Origin: a virus
Length of the DNA: 64,000 nucleotides
Strand: one strand, 5' to 3'
IMG/VR virus record: IMGVR_UViG_3300033182_000371
Location: 10,030-74,029 of that record
Shown here: positions 18,677-28,058 of the stretch, one piece after another
Position numbering within the stretch: the first letter of the stretch is position 1
Layout: every line of letters starts with the position of its first letter
Notes under the pieces: model-generated
What the model was told of the DNA's origin: nothing
Seen by the model: only the letters and a program-made list of their open reading frames with translations
Database searches by the model: none
Position numbers and translations under genes: made by a program

Positions 18677-19177
18677 TCACTCGTCAGTAGGATAAGCGAT
18701 TCCATAATCGCCAGTTTGAATACCAGACATGGCAACAAGAACTTCGCTCTTGACTCTCAGGTTGCCGTGCATATCCATGTATGTCATAACACCGACATAT
18801 CCATGGTGAGCAACAGCATAAGAACCAGAGGTGTCCGTGGAAATACCATAAACCAGAGAGTCTGCTTCGCTTCTCTCTTCCTGGTAAACGCTATCCTTGA
18901 CGGTGTACATCGGCAGTTCGCTGATGTAATAAGAGGTAGCGGCGATGCTGGATGCGCTCAGACCCGCATCAGAATCGATGGTCAGAACTCTATCGCTGGT
19001 AATGCCAGTGATAACAGCATCGCCATAGTATGTACCTACGCCGCCACGAGATCCTACTCGGATGACTTGACCGACGCTGTAGTCGGTAAAGGTGGTGCCA
19101 GTACCAGTTACAGTCAGATTAGCAACGGTAACTGTACCCGCAGTTTCAATGTTGTCGTTAATGCCCCAAAGAGCCAT
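18677..19177 (-). CDS. Putative virion structural protein
   Basis: MALWG..., Thr/Gly-rich, RVKSEVLVAM; TATAAATA at 19211-19218. Confidence 0.7.
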   Translation of the reverse strand: MALWGINDNIETAGTVTVANLTVTGTGTTFTDYSVGQVIRVGSRGGVGTYYGDAVITGITSDRVLTIDSDAGLSASSIAATSYYISELPMYTVKDSVYQEERSEADSLVYGISTDTSGSYAVAHHGYVGVMTYMDMHGNLRVKSEVLVAMSGIQTGDYGIAYPTDE

Positions 19178-19220
19178 GTCCTTACGCCCAAACTACAGTT
19201 TTCGTACAATTATTTATAAG

Positions 19221-19424
19221 TCAAGCATCCTCGCGGTTTCTGATTGCAGCAGAAACTGCTTCCAGAAGCTTGTCATCCATATCGGTTTTGGTCAGTTTAA
19301 CTGCCTTACCGAGAATGACCAGACAGATTTCGATAAGTTTTTCGCCAAGTTCCTCGTTCTCGGGAATCTTAGCAACAGCATCGGAGATAATTTTCGATGC
19401 TAAGGGAAGTAAAAATCCTAACAT
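19221..19424 (-). CDS. Small hypothetical protein
   Basis: Clean ORF. Confidence 0.7.
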   Translation of the reverse strand: MLGFLLPLASKIISDAVAKIPENEELGEKLIEICLVILGKAVKLTKTDMDDKLLEAVSAAIRNREDA

Positions 19425-19455
19425 GATTTGAAAGGCAACGCCTTTCTATATAGGC

Positions 19456-20595
19456 TCAATCTCTCGCAGAGTCGTATTTAGATCTTGCCTGAGATTCCTT
19501 CTTTTCTTTAGAAGTCAGTCCATACTTAGAAATACGCTTGTTAGTCTTCTTGATTCTCTCTTGACTCAGTTCACCTTCGGTCTGTTTACGACCTCTTTCA
19601 CTTTTCTCTTCACGAGAACCAGGGTGCTCCTTACGGAACTTGCTGGTGATACCTTCATACTTTCCCTCTTTCTCGTATCCAGCAACCTTCTTGCCCTTCT
19701 CTTCGATATCTGGTCTGCGAGTTCCCTCTGCAATGGCAGCGATCTCTTCTTTTACAGATTTCTTCTCAGGAAGTTTAGTATGCTTAGTGGAGGCAAAATC
19801 CTTCACATCCTTCTTGTTCATGCTGGCAGCAACTTTGGCAACCTCAGGCGACGCTGCTCTCTCACCTTTCTGAGCAGCTCTGACCATACCCATGAAACGC
19901 TGCTGCTTTCTAGAGACTGCCTTTTCATTGACCTGTTCAACTTCTTCGGACACTCCTCTTGCCCTATTCATCGCATCATTAAATTTCTTATTTCTATCAG
20001 AGACCATTCCCTTGACTTTCTTGATGGCTTCCTGACCAATCTTAGTGCCAGCGATAGCAGTTCCTGCCATCAAACCAAGTTTAATAGCAGTAGCTGCTGC
20101 TTCATCAACTTGCTCTTCTTCCTTTACACAGTTAGGAACTTCTTTGCCACCCTTCTTCTTAGTTCCCTTAGCAACATATCCATCCCAACACTTACCCGCA
20201 CCGACATTCTTCCGTGCCTGCTTCAACCCTTCTTGAATATCAGGATTGATTTTGATTACATTCTTTACGGGTTTCTCTTCAATAGTTAACTCTTTTTCGT
20301 CAGAGTTCGTCGCCTTCTCGGCGGGATAAAGCTTTTTTTCGGTTAAGTCTCCAACCTTTTGACGCAGAGTCGCTTCTACTTCTTCCTTCTTAACACGCTT
20401 TGCTTTATCAGCAGCAATAGCAGCACCAACTGCCTTACGACGATTTCTCAGATAAGAATCGGACTTATCAGAGTCACCATCATTATCAATATCAGCGTCT
20501 TCCTTACCAACAGGATCCAACTTTTCGGTAATAAAAACATTTGCCATGCTGTTAAGCATGATCTGCTCGGCGCTATCTTCAATAAAGTTTTTCAT
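19456..20595 (-). CDS. Late modular protein, putative internal head polyprotein
   Basis: TATAAATA at 20628-20635; modules DPVGKEDADIDNDGD, CWDGY, KAVSRKQQRFMGMV..FASTKH. Confidence 0.7.
   Translation of the reverse strand: MKNFIEDSAEQIMLNSMANVFITEKLDPVGKEDADIDNDGDSDKSDSYLRNRRKAVGAAIAADKAKRVKKEEVEATLRQKVGDLTEKKLYPAEKATNSDEKELTIEEKPVKNVIKINPDIQEGLKQARKNVGAGKCWDGYVAKGTKKKGGKEVPNCVKEEEQVDEAAATAIKLGLMAGTAIAGTKIGQEAIKKVKGMVSDRNKKFNDAMNRARGVSEEVEQVNEKAVSRKQQRFMGMVRAAQKGERAASPEVAKVAASMNKKDVKDFASTKHTKLPEKKSVKEEIAAIAEGTRRPDIEEKGKKVAGYEKEGKYEGITSKFRKEHPGSREEKSERGRKQTEGELSQERIKKTNKRISKYGLTSKEKKESQARSKYDSARD
20119..20226 (-). repeat. 108-bp coding module, copy 2
   Basis: Homologous to 11189-11296. Confidence 0.9.
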
Positions 20596-20619
20596 CGAAC
20601 CTAAAAGCTCTGCTGTCTG

Positions 20620-21819
20620 CTATCTTTTATTTATAAACGACTTGACTTTTTCAAGTGGAGTAAGGGATTGTACATACTCTCGGTAGGAATCTGTACCTAT
20701 TTCTCTCTTCGAAGCAGGAACTCCAGAAGGAATGCGAGAGACATACTCAGTCAAGTCTCTAATCCAAGACTTGAACATAATACCCTCATTTGTAACTGCA
20801 ATTACATGGTTAGCACCACGGCGAATGATTCTACCAACTAATCCAGTGTTAAGAGATTCTACAAGAGAACCCATTCCAAAGATATTACCATAAAGATAAT
20901 TCTCTCTGAGTGTTTTTGAATCATACTTAGGAGCAATTTGCCACAGTTCAATACCCTCGGTAGTCGCTGCAGTTGCCATAGATCTTTGAACTGTATTGAA
21001 CAGTTCTCTAGCAACTACACCCTTTGCTGCTTTTGGCAATCCTTTCCTGAAAGATTCATAATCTCCATCTGCTGCTAGTGCTCGTAATTTCGAAGCAGAC
21101 ATGCCCTCGACCCCTTCAGCATCGGGGTCCCGTTCTCCAGCAGAGATGACATTAATCGCATCAAAATTATAGAGTTGTCCGTTGTATTTGTTTGCGAGGT
21201 TCTCAAACTCCTTTTGTCTGTCAGCACCAACCACGATGTTGATGCCACTATATCCTTCGACATCGGCTTGTTTTAACGCATCAAAAATAGTACGAATTGC
21301 GGGATCATATACAATTGCATTTGCATGATCAGGGAACATCTTCTTCATGAAGAGAACCTTGGTCTCAGAATCAAGAGGATTCTTTTGAGGATCTACAGAA
21401 TGAGAAGGATAAACAATATACTCCTCACCATCAGCAGTCTTTTTAATTGTATCTAAAAGTTTTTCGTGACCAGATGTGGGAGGATTGAATCTACCAAATC
21501 CAATGGTAAGAGTCCCTCTAGTTTTTTCTACTTCTTCAACTTCTCCTTCTTCAGGTTGCATTCCACCTTTTCCAGGAGCAGGTGGTGGTGGTTGGTCAGG
21601 AAGTGTTCCTCTGGCAGCAGGTCCAGGTCTTGTGGGATCACTCTCTTGTGCGGGTTTTCTGCCACTGGTGAATACCAATTCACCTTCGACTGTTCTTCCT
21701 ACAATTCTACCCTGAGGATCTAACCACGATCCATGACCGTCACCCTTCAAACCAAGCTTCTTCGCTTGCTTTGCAGCGTTAGTCTGTGCCTCGTTCAAAA
21801 ACTGGAAGAAACTCTTCAT
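20620..21819 (-). CDS. Cytidyltransferase-like nucleotidyltransferase
   Basis: FGRFNPPTSGH, VVGADR, MSASKLR; late promoter 21860-21867. Confidence 0.85.
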   Translation of the reverse strand: MKSFFQFLNEAQTNAAKQAKKLGLKGDGHGSWLDPQGRIVGRTVEGELVFTSGRKPAQESDPTRPGPAARGTLPDQPPPPAPGKGGMQPEEGEVEEVEKTRGTLTIGFGRFNPPTSGHEKLLDTIKKTADGEEYIVYPSHSVDPQKNPLDSETKVLFMKKMFPDHANAIVYDPAIRTIFDALKQADVEGYSGINIVVGADRQKEFENLANKYNGQLYNFDAINVISAGERDPDAEGVEGMSASKLRALAADGDYESFRKGLPKAAKGVVARELFNTVQRSMATAATTEGIELWQIAPKYDSKTLRENYLYGNIFGMGSLVESLNTGLVGRIIRRGANHVIAVTNEGIMFKSWIRDLTEYVSRIPSGVPASKREIGTDSYREYVQSLTPLEKVKSFINKR

Positions 21820-21821
21820 GA

Positions 21822-22430
21822 TTATTTTGCAAATACCCGCCGTGTATTCTCCGCAACTCTATTTATATTAAAGGATACAGTCATACGAAGATGTTTACTA
21901 TCATTCTTCTTAACAAAGTGCTTCAAGTGGGATGGAAAGATTAGTATGTCTCCCTCTTCTACAGGGATATCGGTATGTTCCAAGATGTGAGGATTCAATC
22001 TTTCATCCATAATGTTTCCATCAAACATGAAAGAAAATATATTATCTAGAGGATTGCAAAATGTTGTTCCTTCATGCTCAAGAGGATCAAACATCACATA
22101 ATGGATAGCAGAATAAAATCCAGGAAGATGAGTGTGAGGTTCTTGGTAATGAGAACGCTCATAGGTATTCAACCAAATCTCATAGATGTGAGGTTTTTCT
22201 AAAAGTCCAATATCCTTTCTCCACTGTTGCAAAACACCAGTATAATTATCACTAATCTCTTGAGGGAATGCACCTTCAAATTCTGTCCTGACATTACAAA
22301 ACCAACCAGAAGGAGTTCCATTGATAGAAAAATCCTTATAGGAGTTATACCTATCCAGCATGTGCTGTTTTATTTCTGTGGGGTCAAGGTGATATTTGTA
22401 TATTCTTTGAGGAAACAAATCAATGTACAT
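21822..22430 (-). CDS. Putative 2OG-Fe(II) oxygenase (TIGR02466-like)
   Basis: QEPHTH, EGDILIFPSHLKH, RMTVSFN. Confidence 0.8.
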   Translation of the reverse strand: MYIDLFPQRIYKYHLDPTEIKQHMLDRYNSYKDFSINGTPSGWFCNVRTEFEGAFPQEISDNYTGVLQQWRKDIGLLEKPHIYEIWLNTYERSHYQEPHTHLPGFYSAIHYVMFDPLEHEGTTFCNPLDNIFSFMFDGNIMDERLNPHILEHTDIPVEEGDILIFPSHLKHFVKKNDSKHLRMTVSFNINRVAENTRRVFAK

Positions 22431-22431
22431 A

Positions 22432-23766
22432 TTAACCAAAAATAATGTCTCTAGCGTTACCAAATTGTCCTTTGAGAAGAGATTTAAACTCTGGTGTTAA
22501 GAATGCTTGGAACTGTGGTTGGGATTTAAAGTCACCCTTATATCTTAACTCAAGATCCAGCAATTCTAACTTACCAGACTTCACTTTGAAATACAACTTA
22601 GCAGCGTTTGATGCCTGAGTTTTTGCTTTATCAATATCAATAACTTTAGGTTGCTTTCTAAGATAAGCAAGTGCCAATCCAACACTATCAATACCAATAC
22701 ACTGACCTGTACCTAGATTAATATTCATGCCAGTTGACTTAGATATAGTAACCTGTCCTACACCAGTTGTCAAGATAAACTCAAAGTCATTTTGAGTATA
22801 CTCACTCATCGTATCAAGAAGACTTTTCTTTAAGATGAGGTTAATAAGAGTGTCAGCAAACAATTGCTCATTCTGTTTAATGATACCAAGAAATTGACTG
22901 TACAAAGCGTTGGGTTGATTGCCAACCTTACCAAGTTTTGCATTGACAAAATCCCTCATCGCATTCGCATCAGTCTTAGAAATTTCTGATGTATTCAGGA
23001 GTGCAGGATCAGAGACCATGCTAATACTTTTAAGATTGATCAAGGGAACTGTTGTTGGTTTCCCATTCTTCATAATACCAATTTTGGTATTCCAAAGTTT
23101 TTCTGCAGGAGCATTTCTAGGATCAGTACCATCTGGAAGTTGTGCAATACCAACTAACGGCCCATTGGTCAATGCTTCTTTTATAACTCCAGCAAAGAAA
23201 TTTTGTCTTGCTGTTTGAAGCTGTGTCTTAATCCTAGCGAACTGTGGTCCATTGAGAACCGTATCAAATGCTTTGTTGATAAGAGTGGGATCCGCCGCTG
23301 TCCCCTTCGGTTTCTTTTTTAGCGACACTCCCACATAATTTCTACCATACTGTAAAATCAAATCGGATGAGTTGTAGTCCGCCATTCCAAATGCAGCGAA
23401 CTTAAATTGCTGAACCGCAGCTGGCCATTGCGTACCAGTTAGATATACCGCATTAGGAACACTGTTGGCAGAAATTCCCTTCATAGTAGAACTAGCAGCA
23501 AGATATTGTCTAACTGCTTTAACTGCAGAAATTCCTACTACTAAGTCAGAATAAAACTTATCTGTTTTAGCACTCGTTGATAGTGTGATTGCTTTCTCAA
23601 AATCCTGCTTTACTTTACCAGCCCCAACAACTCCAGCACTCATGTACCTTTGATACATGATGTTGTAGAAGTTTTGCAGACTGGTCTCATTAGCAACCGC
23701 CGCATCCATTTCTTGATTAGTGCATAAAGCACAACCAGCAAAAAAACCTTCTGACGGTTCAGCCAT
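22432..23766 (-). CDS. Hypothetical late protein, possible PD-(D/E)XK-like fold
   Basis: SSDLIL...VGVSLKK; late promoter upstream. Confidence 0.6.
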   Translation of the reverse strand: MAEPSEGFFAGCALCTNQEMDAAVANETSLQNFYNIMYQRYMSAGVVGAGKVKQDFEKAITLSTSAKTDKFYSDLVVGISAVKAVRQYLAASSTMKGISANSVPNAVYLTGTQWPAAVQQFKFAAFGMADYNSSDLILQYGRNYVGVSLKKKPKGTAADPTLINKAFDTVLNGPQFARIKTQLQTARQNFFAGVIKEALTNGPLVGIAQLPDGTDPRNAPAEKLWNTKIGIMKNGKPTTVPLINLKSISMVSDPALLNTSEISKTDANAMRDFVNAKLGKVGNQPNALYSQFLGIIKQNEQLFADTLINLILKKSLLDTMSEYTQNDFEFILTTGVGQVTISKSTGMNINLGTGQCIGIDSVGLALAYLRKQPKVIDIDKAKTQASNAAKLYFKVKSGKLELLDLELRYKGDFKSQPQFQAFLTPEFKSLLKGQFGNARDIIFG

Positions 23767-23767
23767 G

Positions 23768-23799
23768 AAAAAAGAGGGAGTTCTATTCCCTCTTATTTA
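23768..23799 (-). terminator. Terminator hairpin with late promoter at 5' edge
   Basis: TAAATA AGAGGGA-ATAGAAC-TCCCTCT-TTTTT-CATG. Confidence 0.65.
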
Positions 23800-23980
23800 G
23801 ATAGTCCTTTTCATTCTGATAAGGATGTTTTTCTCCAGTCCAAAGTTGATATCCTTCAACAAGATCTGGAATTAACCACTGGTCCACCCGATAGCAATAC
23901 TGCCAGTTAACAGGTTGAATACAATTCATCACGACAACTTGAAAGAATGCTGTCAGGTGGATCCAAAGAGAAAGCATCAA
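23783..23980 (-). CDS. Hypothetical cyanophage protein
   Basis: FFQVVVMNCIQPVNWQYCYRVDQWL. Confidence 0.65.
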   Translation of the reverse strand: MMLSLWIHLTAFFQVVVMNCIQPVNWQYCYRVDQWLIPDLVEGYQLWTGEKHPYQNEKDYLNKRE

Positions 23981-24630
23981 CGATCCCCTGCTTTACGATT
24001 TTCGGAATAGTAAGCATCAAAGGTTCCTTCGGGATAACGAGCAGCGAGTTTGCTGATGTTACGATCCAGAACTGCCTCAAGAGAAATGTCCAGTGCCATA
24101 CATGCCTGAGCAACATACCACATAACATCACCAAGTTCAATCTTTAGGTGATCAATGTTGTCCGAATTCCAGGGTTTGCCTTGGAAGGTGATCTTCTTAA
24201 CGATCTCCATGAACTCACCACCCTCAGCAGCAATGCCAACAGCAGCAGTCAGGAGACGCTGGATGTCGCAACCTTGTGCTTGCAGGGCAGCAACACGAGC
24301 AATGAACTGGGCATTGTCCTTAGAAGGAGCACTAGTGACCTGATCAACGAACTCAATATAATTACCATACTTTTTGGGTTGTTCGTTAGTAACTACCACT
24401 TGCATGTTTTGTACTGCTTCTTGCTGTTGTTTGGCAGGAGTTGGTTGTGCTGCAGGGACACCTTGAGGTCCAGTAGGATTGTTGGGATTGTCTTGCCACT
24501 GCTCAGTACCAGGATCTCCAGGCTCCATCTCCCAAAATTCCTTTGCACGAGGACGACGGGGAGCAACAGGTTGTTGAGGACGCTGAGGTTCGGGAAGATT
24601 ATCAGCGATTGCAGAGGAATAAGTAGGCAT
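23977..24630 (-). CDS. mazG: MazG nucleotide pyrophosphohydrolase with N-terminal extension
   Basis: AEGGEFMEIVKK, ELGDVMWY, KLAARYP. Confidence 0.9.
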   Translation of the reverse strand: MPTYSSAIADNLPEPQRPQQPVAPRRPRAKEFWEMEPGDPGTEQWQDNPNNPTGPQGVPAAQPTPAKQQQEAVQNMQVVVTNEQPKKYGNYIEFVDQVTSAPSKDNAQFIARVAALQAQGCDIQRLLTAAVGIAAEGGEFMEIVKKITFQGKPWNSDNIDHLKIELGDVMWYVAQACMALDISLEAVLDRNISKLAARYPEGTFDAYYSENRKAGDR

Positions 24631-24635
24631 AATAA

Positions 24636-25505
24636 TTATTCAAAGTGAGTTTGCTTGGGGTGATAGTTGAACAAAGTATCAAGTCTGAAATGCTCCCAGC
24701 TATAGGAGACAGTATCTATGTATCTCTCCTCAAAATCCAAATCTTCTGGAGATATAAAGTAGAAGATGGAGAGCATTAGTCTTTGTCTATCACTGAACCA
24801 ATTAGGTTCAATGTAGGCATTGTGCAGATTCGTGGTCGGATACAACACTAGACTATTATACTCCATGGTGGCGGAAGTTTCAAATTTAAAATCCTCATAG
24901 TCTTTTATTTGAAACCAAGATCCAACATCTAGTTCTTCGTGTCTACGATAAAAATTTTCTAGAGTGTTCTTATCGTTACGATTAAAATCTAATGAGTTTG
25001 TTTTTCCCTTCCAAGACCAAAATCCCGTAGAAACTGGATCATTACTTTTAGTGAAATTGATGTTAGCAACAAGACATGGAATTGGATCAAAAGAATCAAA
25101 GACAGGAACATCAATATGTGGATAGCAACAGAGACTACTAGTAGCATCTAGTGTCATATCTGCACTAGTACATTGACAGTACAAATCAAAGATGTCCATT
25201 TTAGAAACGCCAAACAAAGGTTTGACTCTTTCTTCTATCTGATTTGAAATTTGATCTTGAATAATTTCTGGAAAGTTATGTGTAAGACCAGGACGAATGA
25301 TTTGAGTGTTTTTGATTTCTCTGGTTTCCCAGTAATCAAGATTCTCAAAAAACTCAGATACTAAGTCTGGGTTTTTGTAGACATCATTTGCCACAAGAAC
25401 AGGAACTTTGCCATCCAACAGCAGGTATTCAAACTCTAAGTTGTTAACCTCAGAGATTTGATTCCAAATTTTATTTGCTGATCTAATCAAACTTAAATCC
25501 CTCAA
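24636..25505 (-). CDS. 2OG-Fe(II) oxygenase-like protein (TTG start, possibly 25490)
   Basis: YPHID, YNSLVLYP..LHNA, QRL. Confidence 0.7.
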   Translation of the reverse strand: MRDLSLIRSANKIWNQISEVNNLEFEYLLLDGKVPVLVANDVYKNPDLVSEFFENLDYWETREIKNTQIIRPGLTHNFPEIIQDQISNQIEERVKPLFGVSKMDIFDLYCQCTSADMTLDATSSLCCYPHIDVPVFDSFDPIPCLVANINFTKSNDPVSTGFWSWKGKTNSLDFNRNDKNTLENFYRRHEELDVGSWFQIKDYEDFKFETSATMEYNSLVLYPTTNLHNAYIEPNWFSDRQRLMLSIFYFISPEDLDFEERYIDTVSYSWEHFRLDTLFNYHPKQTHFE

Positions 25506-26859
25506 ACTTGTTAGTCTTCACAAATGCTTCTGCATTCTCTTCGTTTCCACTATCATGAAGACTTCCGCCTTCAGACTGTTCACAATCATACAGTCTCATC
25601 TTTGCCCTGTCAATACCCACAACAAATCTCTTGTTTACTGTTGGATCGTTGTACCTGTTCTTCAACTGCTTCACCATAATTTGCCCGAGTCCTTCAAGAT
25701 CTTCAGATGAAATAAGGGCAAACATAAGATCAGCAGTAGCAGGGAGCCCAAAGGACTCGCTAGTGTCAGTGATGTCAACATCACTGCTACTATAACCAGA
25801 ACGAGTGGTCTGGGTGGCAGATACGATAGGGACCTCTGCTTCGACAGCAAGTCCTCTAAGTTCTTCAGCAATAGCCTTGATATAGCTATATGAATTGACA
25901 CCAATCGCCCCGCGATAGCGTGAGGAAGCGCATATATTAAGGTAATCGATGAAAATAATATCAGGACGAAAAGATTTCTTGAGTGCCAGATCGTTGAGAA
26001 GAGATTTGAAATGTCCTGCATGGGCAGATGCAGTTGGGTATTCTTTAATTATAAGAGTACCTTGAGTCTTTGCAGCAACTTTTGCTACTTTTGTCTCGAA
26101 CATCTGACGAGGAAGTTCCACTAGATCTCTGATGTTAACATCAAGCAGATTAGCATCAATTCTTTCTGCAATTTTCTCTTCAGCCATTTCAAGCGTGATG
26201 TATAAGACATTCTTGCCCTGTAATAGCACCGAGCTTGCGACATGACACATAAACAAAGACTTACCAACGCCTGTGCCAGCCAGAGCAATGTTAAGTGTTT
26301 TATTAGGGAGACCGCCTTTCGTAATCTTGTTAAAGTACTCAAGGTCGAACGGGATCTTTGATTCCCGTTTGTGATAAGATTCGTAGCGTTGCTCATAGTC
26401 TTCAAGATAATCATGTCCAATGTGATTATCAAACGAGACTGCAAGTGCATCCGACAGAATGCTAGGGATTGCATCTCTAGTTTTCTTGGAATCTTTGCCG
26501 TCTGCAATTTGAATTGATTCCATTAGTGCCAAATAAATGGCACGATCACGACACCACTTTTCAGTGGCGTCAAGTAACCATTGAGTGTGAGTCTCTGCCT
26601 CACGAAGAATTTCAACCAGTTTAAGAGCGTCTTTGAACTCTTGCTCAGAAAGATCTCCCCTATTCTGAATTTCAATACTAAGGATCTCAGGAGTAAGAAT
26701 CTTGTCATATTCCTGAGCAAAAGAAGTAATCTCCTCAAAGACAATTTTTTCAACACGCTCCTGAAAATATTCAGGGTCAATAAAGGGAAGGACTTTCCTT
26801 AGAAACTCTTCATCGTGAACAAGATTTCTAAGGATAGTGAGTTCAATACGATCATTCAT
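25483..26859 (-). CDS. g41: Replicative helicase (gp41)
   Basis: AGTGVGKS, IDYLNIC, SESFGLPATAD, QLKNRY. Confidence 0.97.
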   Translation of the reverse strand: MNDRIELTILRNLVHDEEFLRKVLPFIDPEYFQERVEKIVFEEITSFAQEYDKILTPEILSIEIQNRGDLSEQEFKDALKLVEILREAETHTQWLLDATEKWCRDRAIYLALMESIQIADGKDSKKTRDAIPSILSDALAVSFDNHIGHDYLEDYEQRYESYHKRESKIPFDLEYFNKITKGGLPNKTLNIALAGTGVGKSLFMCHVASSVLLQGKNVLYITLEMAEEKIAERIDANLLDVNIRDLVELPRQMFETKVAKVAAKTQGTLIIKEYPTASAHAGHFKSLLNDLALKKSFRPDIIFIDYLNICASSRYRGAIGVNSYSYIKAIAEELRGLAVEAEVPIVSATQTTRSGYSSSDVDITDTSESFGLPATADLMFALISSEDLEGLGQIMVKQLKNRYNDPTVNKRFVVGIDRAKMRLYDCEQSEGGSLHDSGNEENAEAFVKTNKFEGFKFD

Positions 26860-27863
26860 TAGGCACCATAACTAAATTCAGATTTAGCAATCTCATCGAG
26901 TTGCTGCATTACTTCGTAAGTAAAATATTTTTCTGGCTCTTTATAGATTTGTTTGGCATAGACTTTTTTGCCATCAATCTCGTACCGTCCTGCGACATTC
27001 TTCCAAAGTCCACCGATCTCACCGAGTTCAAGAAGACCATAATAACGATCAAGACCACGCTCATCGTAGTAAAGACGAACTTCCACATCTTTGTTTTCCT
27101 TACTCAAACGAGACTTAGCAGTCTTTGCCTTGATAATGTTTCCGACGATTTCTGTTCCATCCTTCTCTTTCTTTTTGCTGAGATAGATGATTGTAGAAGC
27201 AGCATACTTGAGTCCACTACCTCCACCCATTTCTTTTGTAGGCACATAAGCTCCGATGACATCATAGGTATGGTTGGTAACAATCATGGGAATGTTTGCT
27301 TGACCCAACTTAAGAGTAAGCATACGGAACGCACCTTTGACAAGTTGAGATTTGGTCATATCCCGAACTTGTTTATCATTGAGAGCGTCTGTGATTTCCT
27401 TCTCGGTGGATAGCATCCCAAGAGAGTCTAGCACAAACATACAAGGTTTACGCTCATCTACAGGTTTTTTTAAGTAAATGTCTACTGCCTTGAGTGCTTT
27501 ACCACGAAACTCTTCAATAGTTACAACATTGACAACGACTAACCTAGATGTGTCAACACCTCTAGATTCGAGTAAGGACTTGGTGATAGCAGCTTCAGTA
27601 TCAAAATAGAGACAATAAGCATTGGGGTCAGAATCAAGAAAATTCTTAACCACAGCGAGAGAAAAGAAAGTCTTTCCAGTACTAGACTCTCCAGCAATAG
27701 CAGTAATCTTATTGCTAGATACACCGCCAAATACACTACCTGAGACAAGTGAATTAAAAATGTACGAACCTGTGTCAACATATGATTCACTTTCCTCAAT
27801 TTCACTAGCGAGTTTGGTGTAATCATCACCAATCTCTTTCACAATGTCTTTAAGAAAATCCAT
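26859..27863 (-). CDS. uvsX: RecA-like recombinase
   Basis: GESSTGKT, DSLGML, MGGGSG. Confidence 0.96.
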   Translation of the reverse strand: MDFLKDIVKEIGDDYTKLASEIEESESYVDTGSYIFNSLVSGSVFGGVSSNKITAIAGESSTGKTFFSLAVVKNFLDSDPNAYCLYFDTEAAITKSLLESRGVDTSRLVVVNVVTIEEFRGKALKAVDIYLKKPVDERKPCMFVLDSLGMLSTEKEITDALNDKQVRDMTKSQLVKGAFRMLTLKLGQANIPMIVTNHTYDVIGAYVPTKEMGGGSGLKYAASTIIYLSKKKEKDGTEIVGNIIKAKTAKSRLSKENKDVEVRLYYDERGLDRYYGLLELGEIGGLWKNVAGRYEIDGKKVYAKQIYKEPEKYFTYEVMQQLDEIAKSEFSYGA

Positions 27864-28058
27864 TCAATTCCAACGCAAAGTCTTCAGGTATTCTAGCACA
27901 TTCTCACGAACATCCATAAGTTCATGGTAGCACTTTTGATTGTGGGCGCACTGACGCAATTTGCTATCTGGTTTAAGAACAGACTCAATAAAAAGATCTA
28001 GACCCCTATTCCATTTGTCCTGTTTAGATTCTCCATCGGAGTAAACATATTCGTTCAT
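27864..28058 (-). CDS. Hypothetical protein
   Basis: Between g43 and uvsX, ATGA overlap. Confidence 0.7.
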   Translation of the reverse strand: MNEYVYSDGESKQDKWNRGLDLFIESVLKPDSKLRQCAHNQKCYHELMDVRENVLEYLKTLRWN

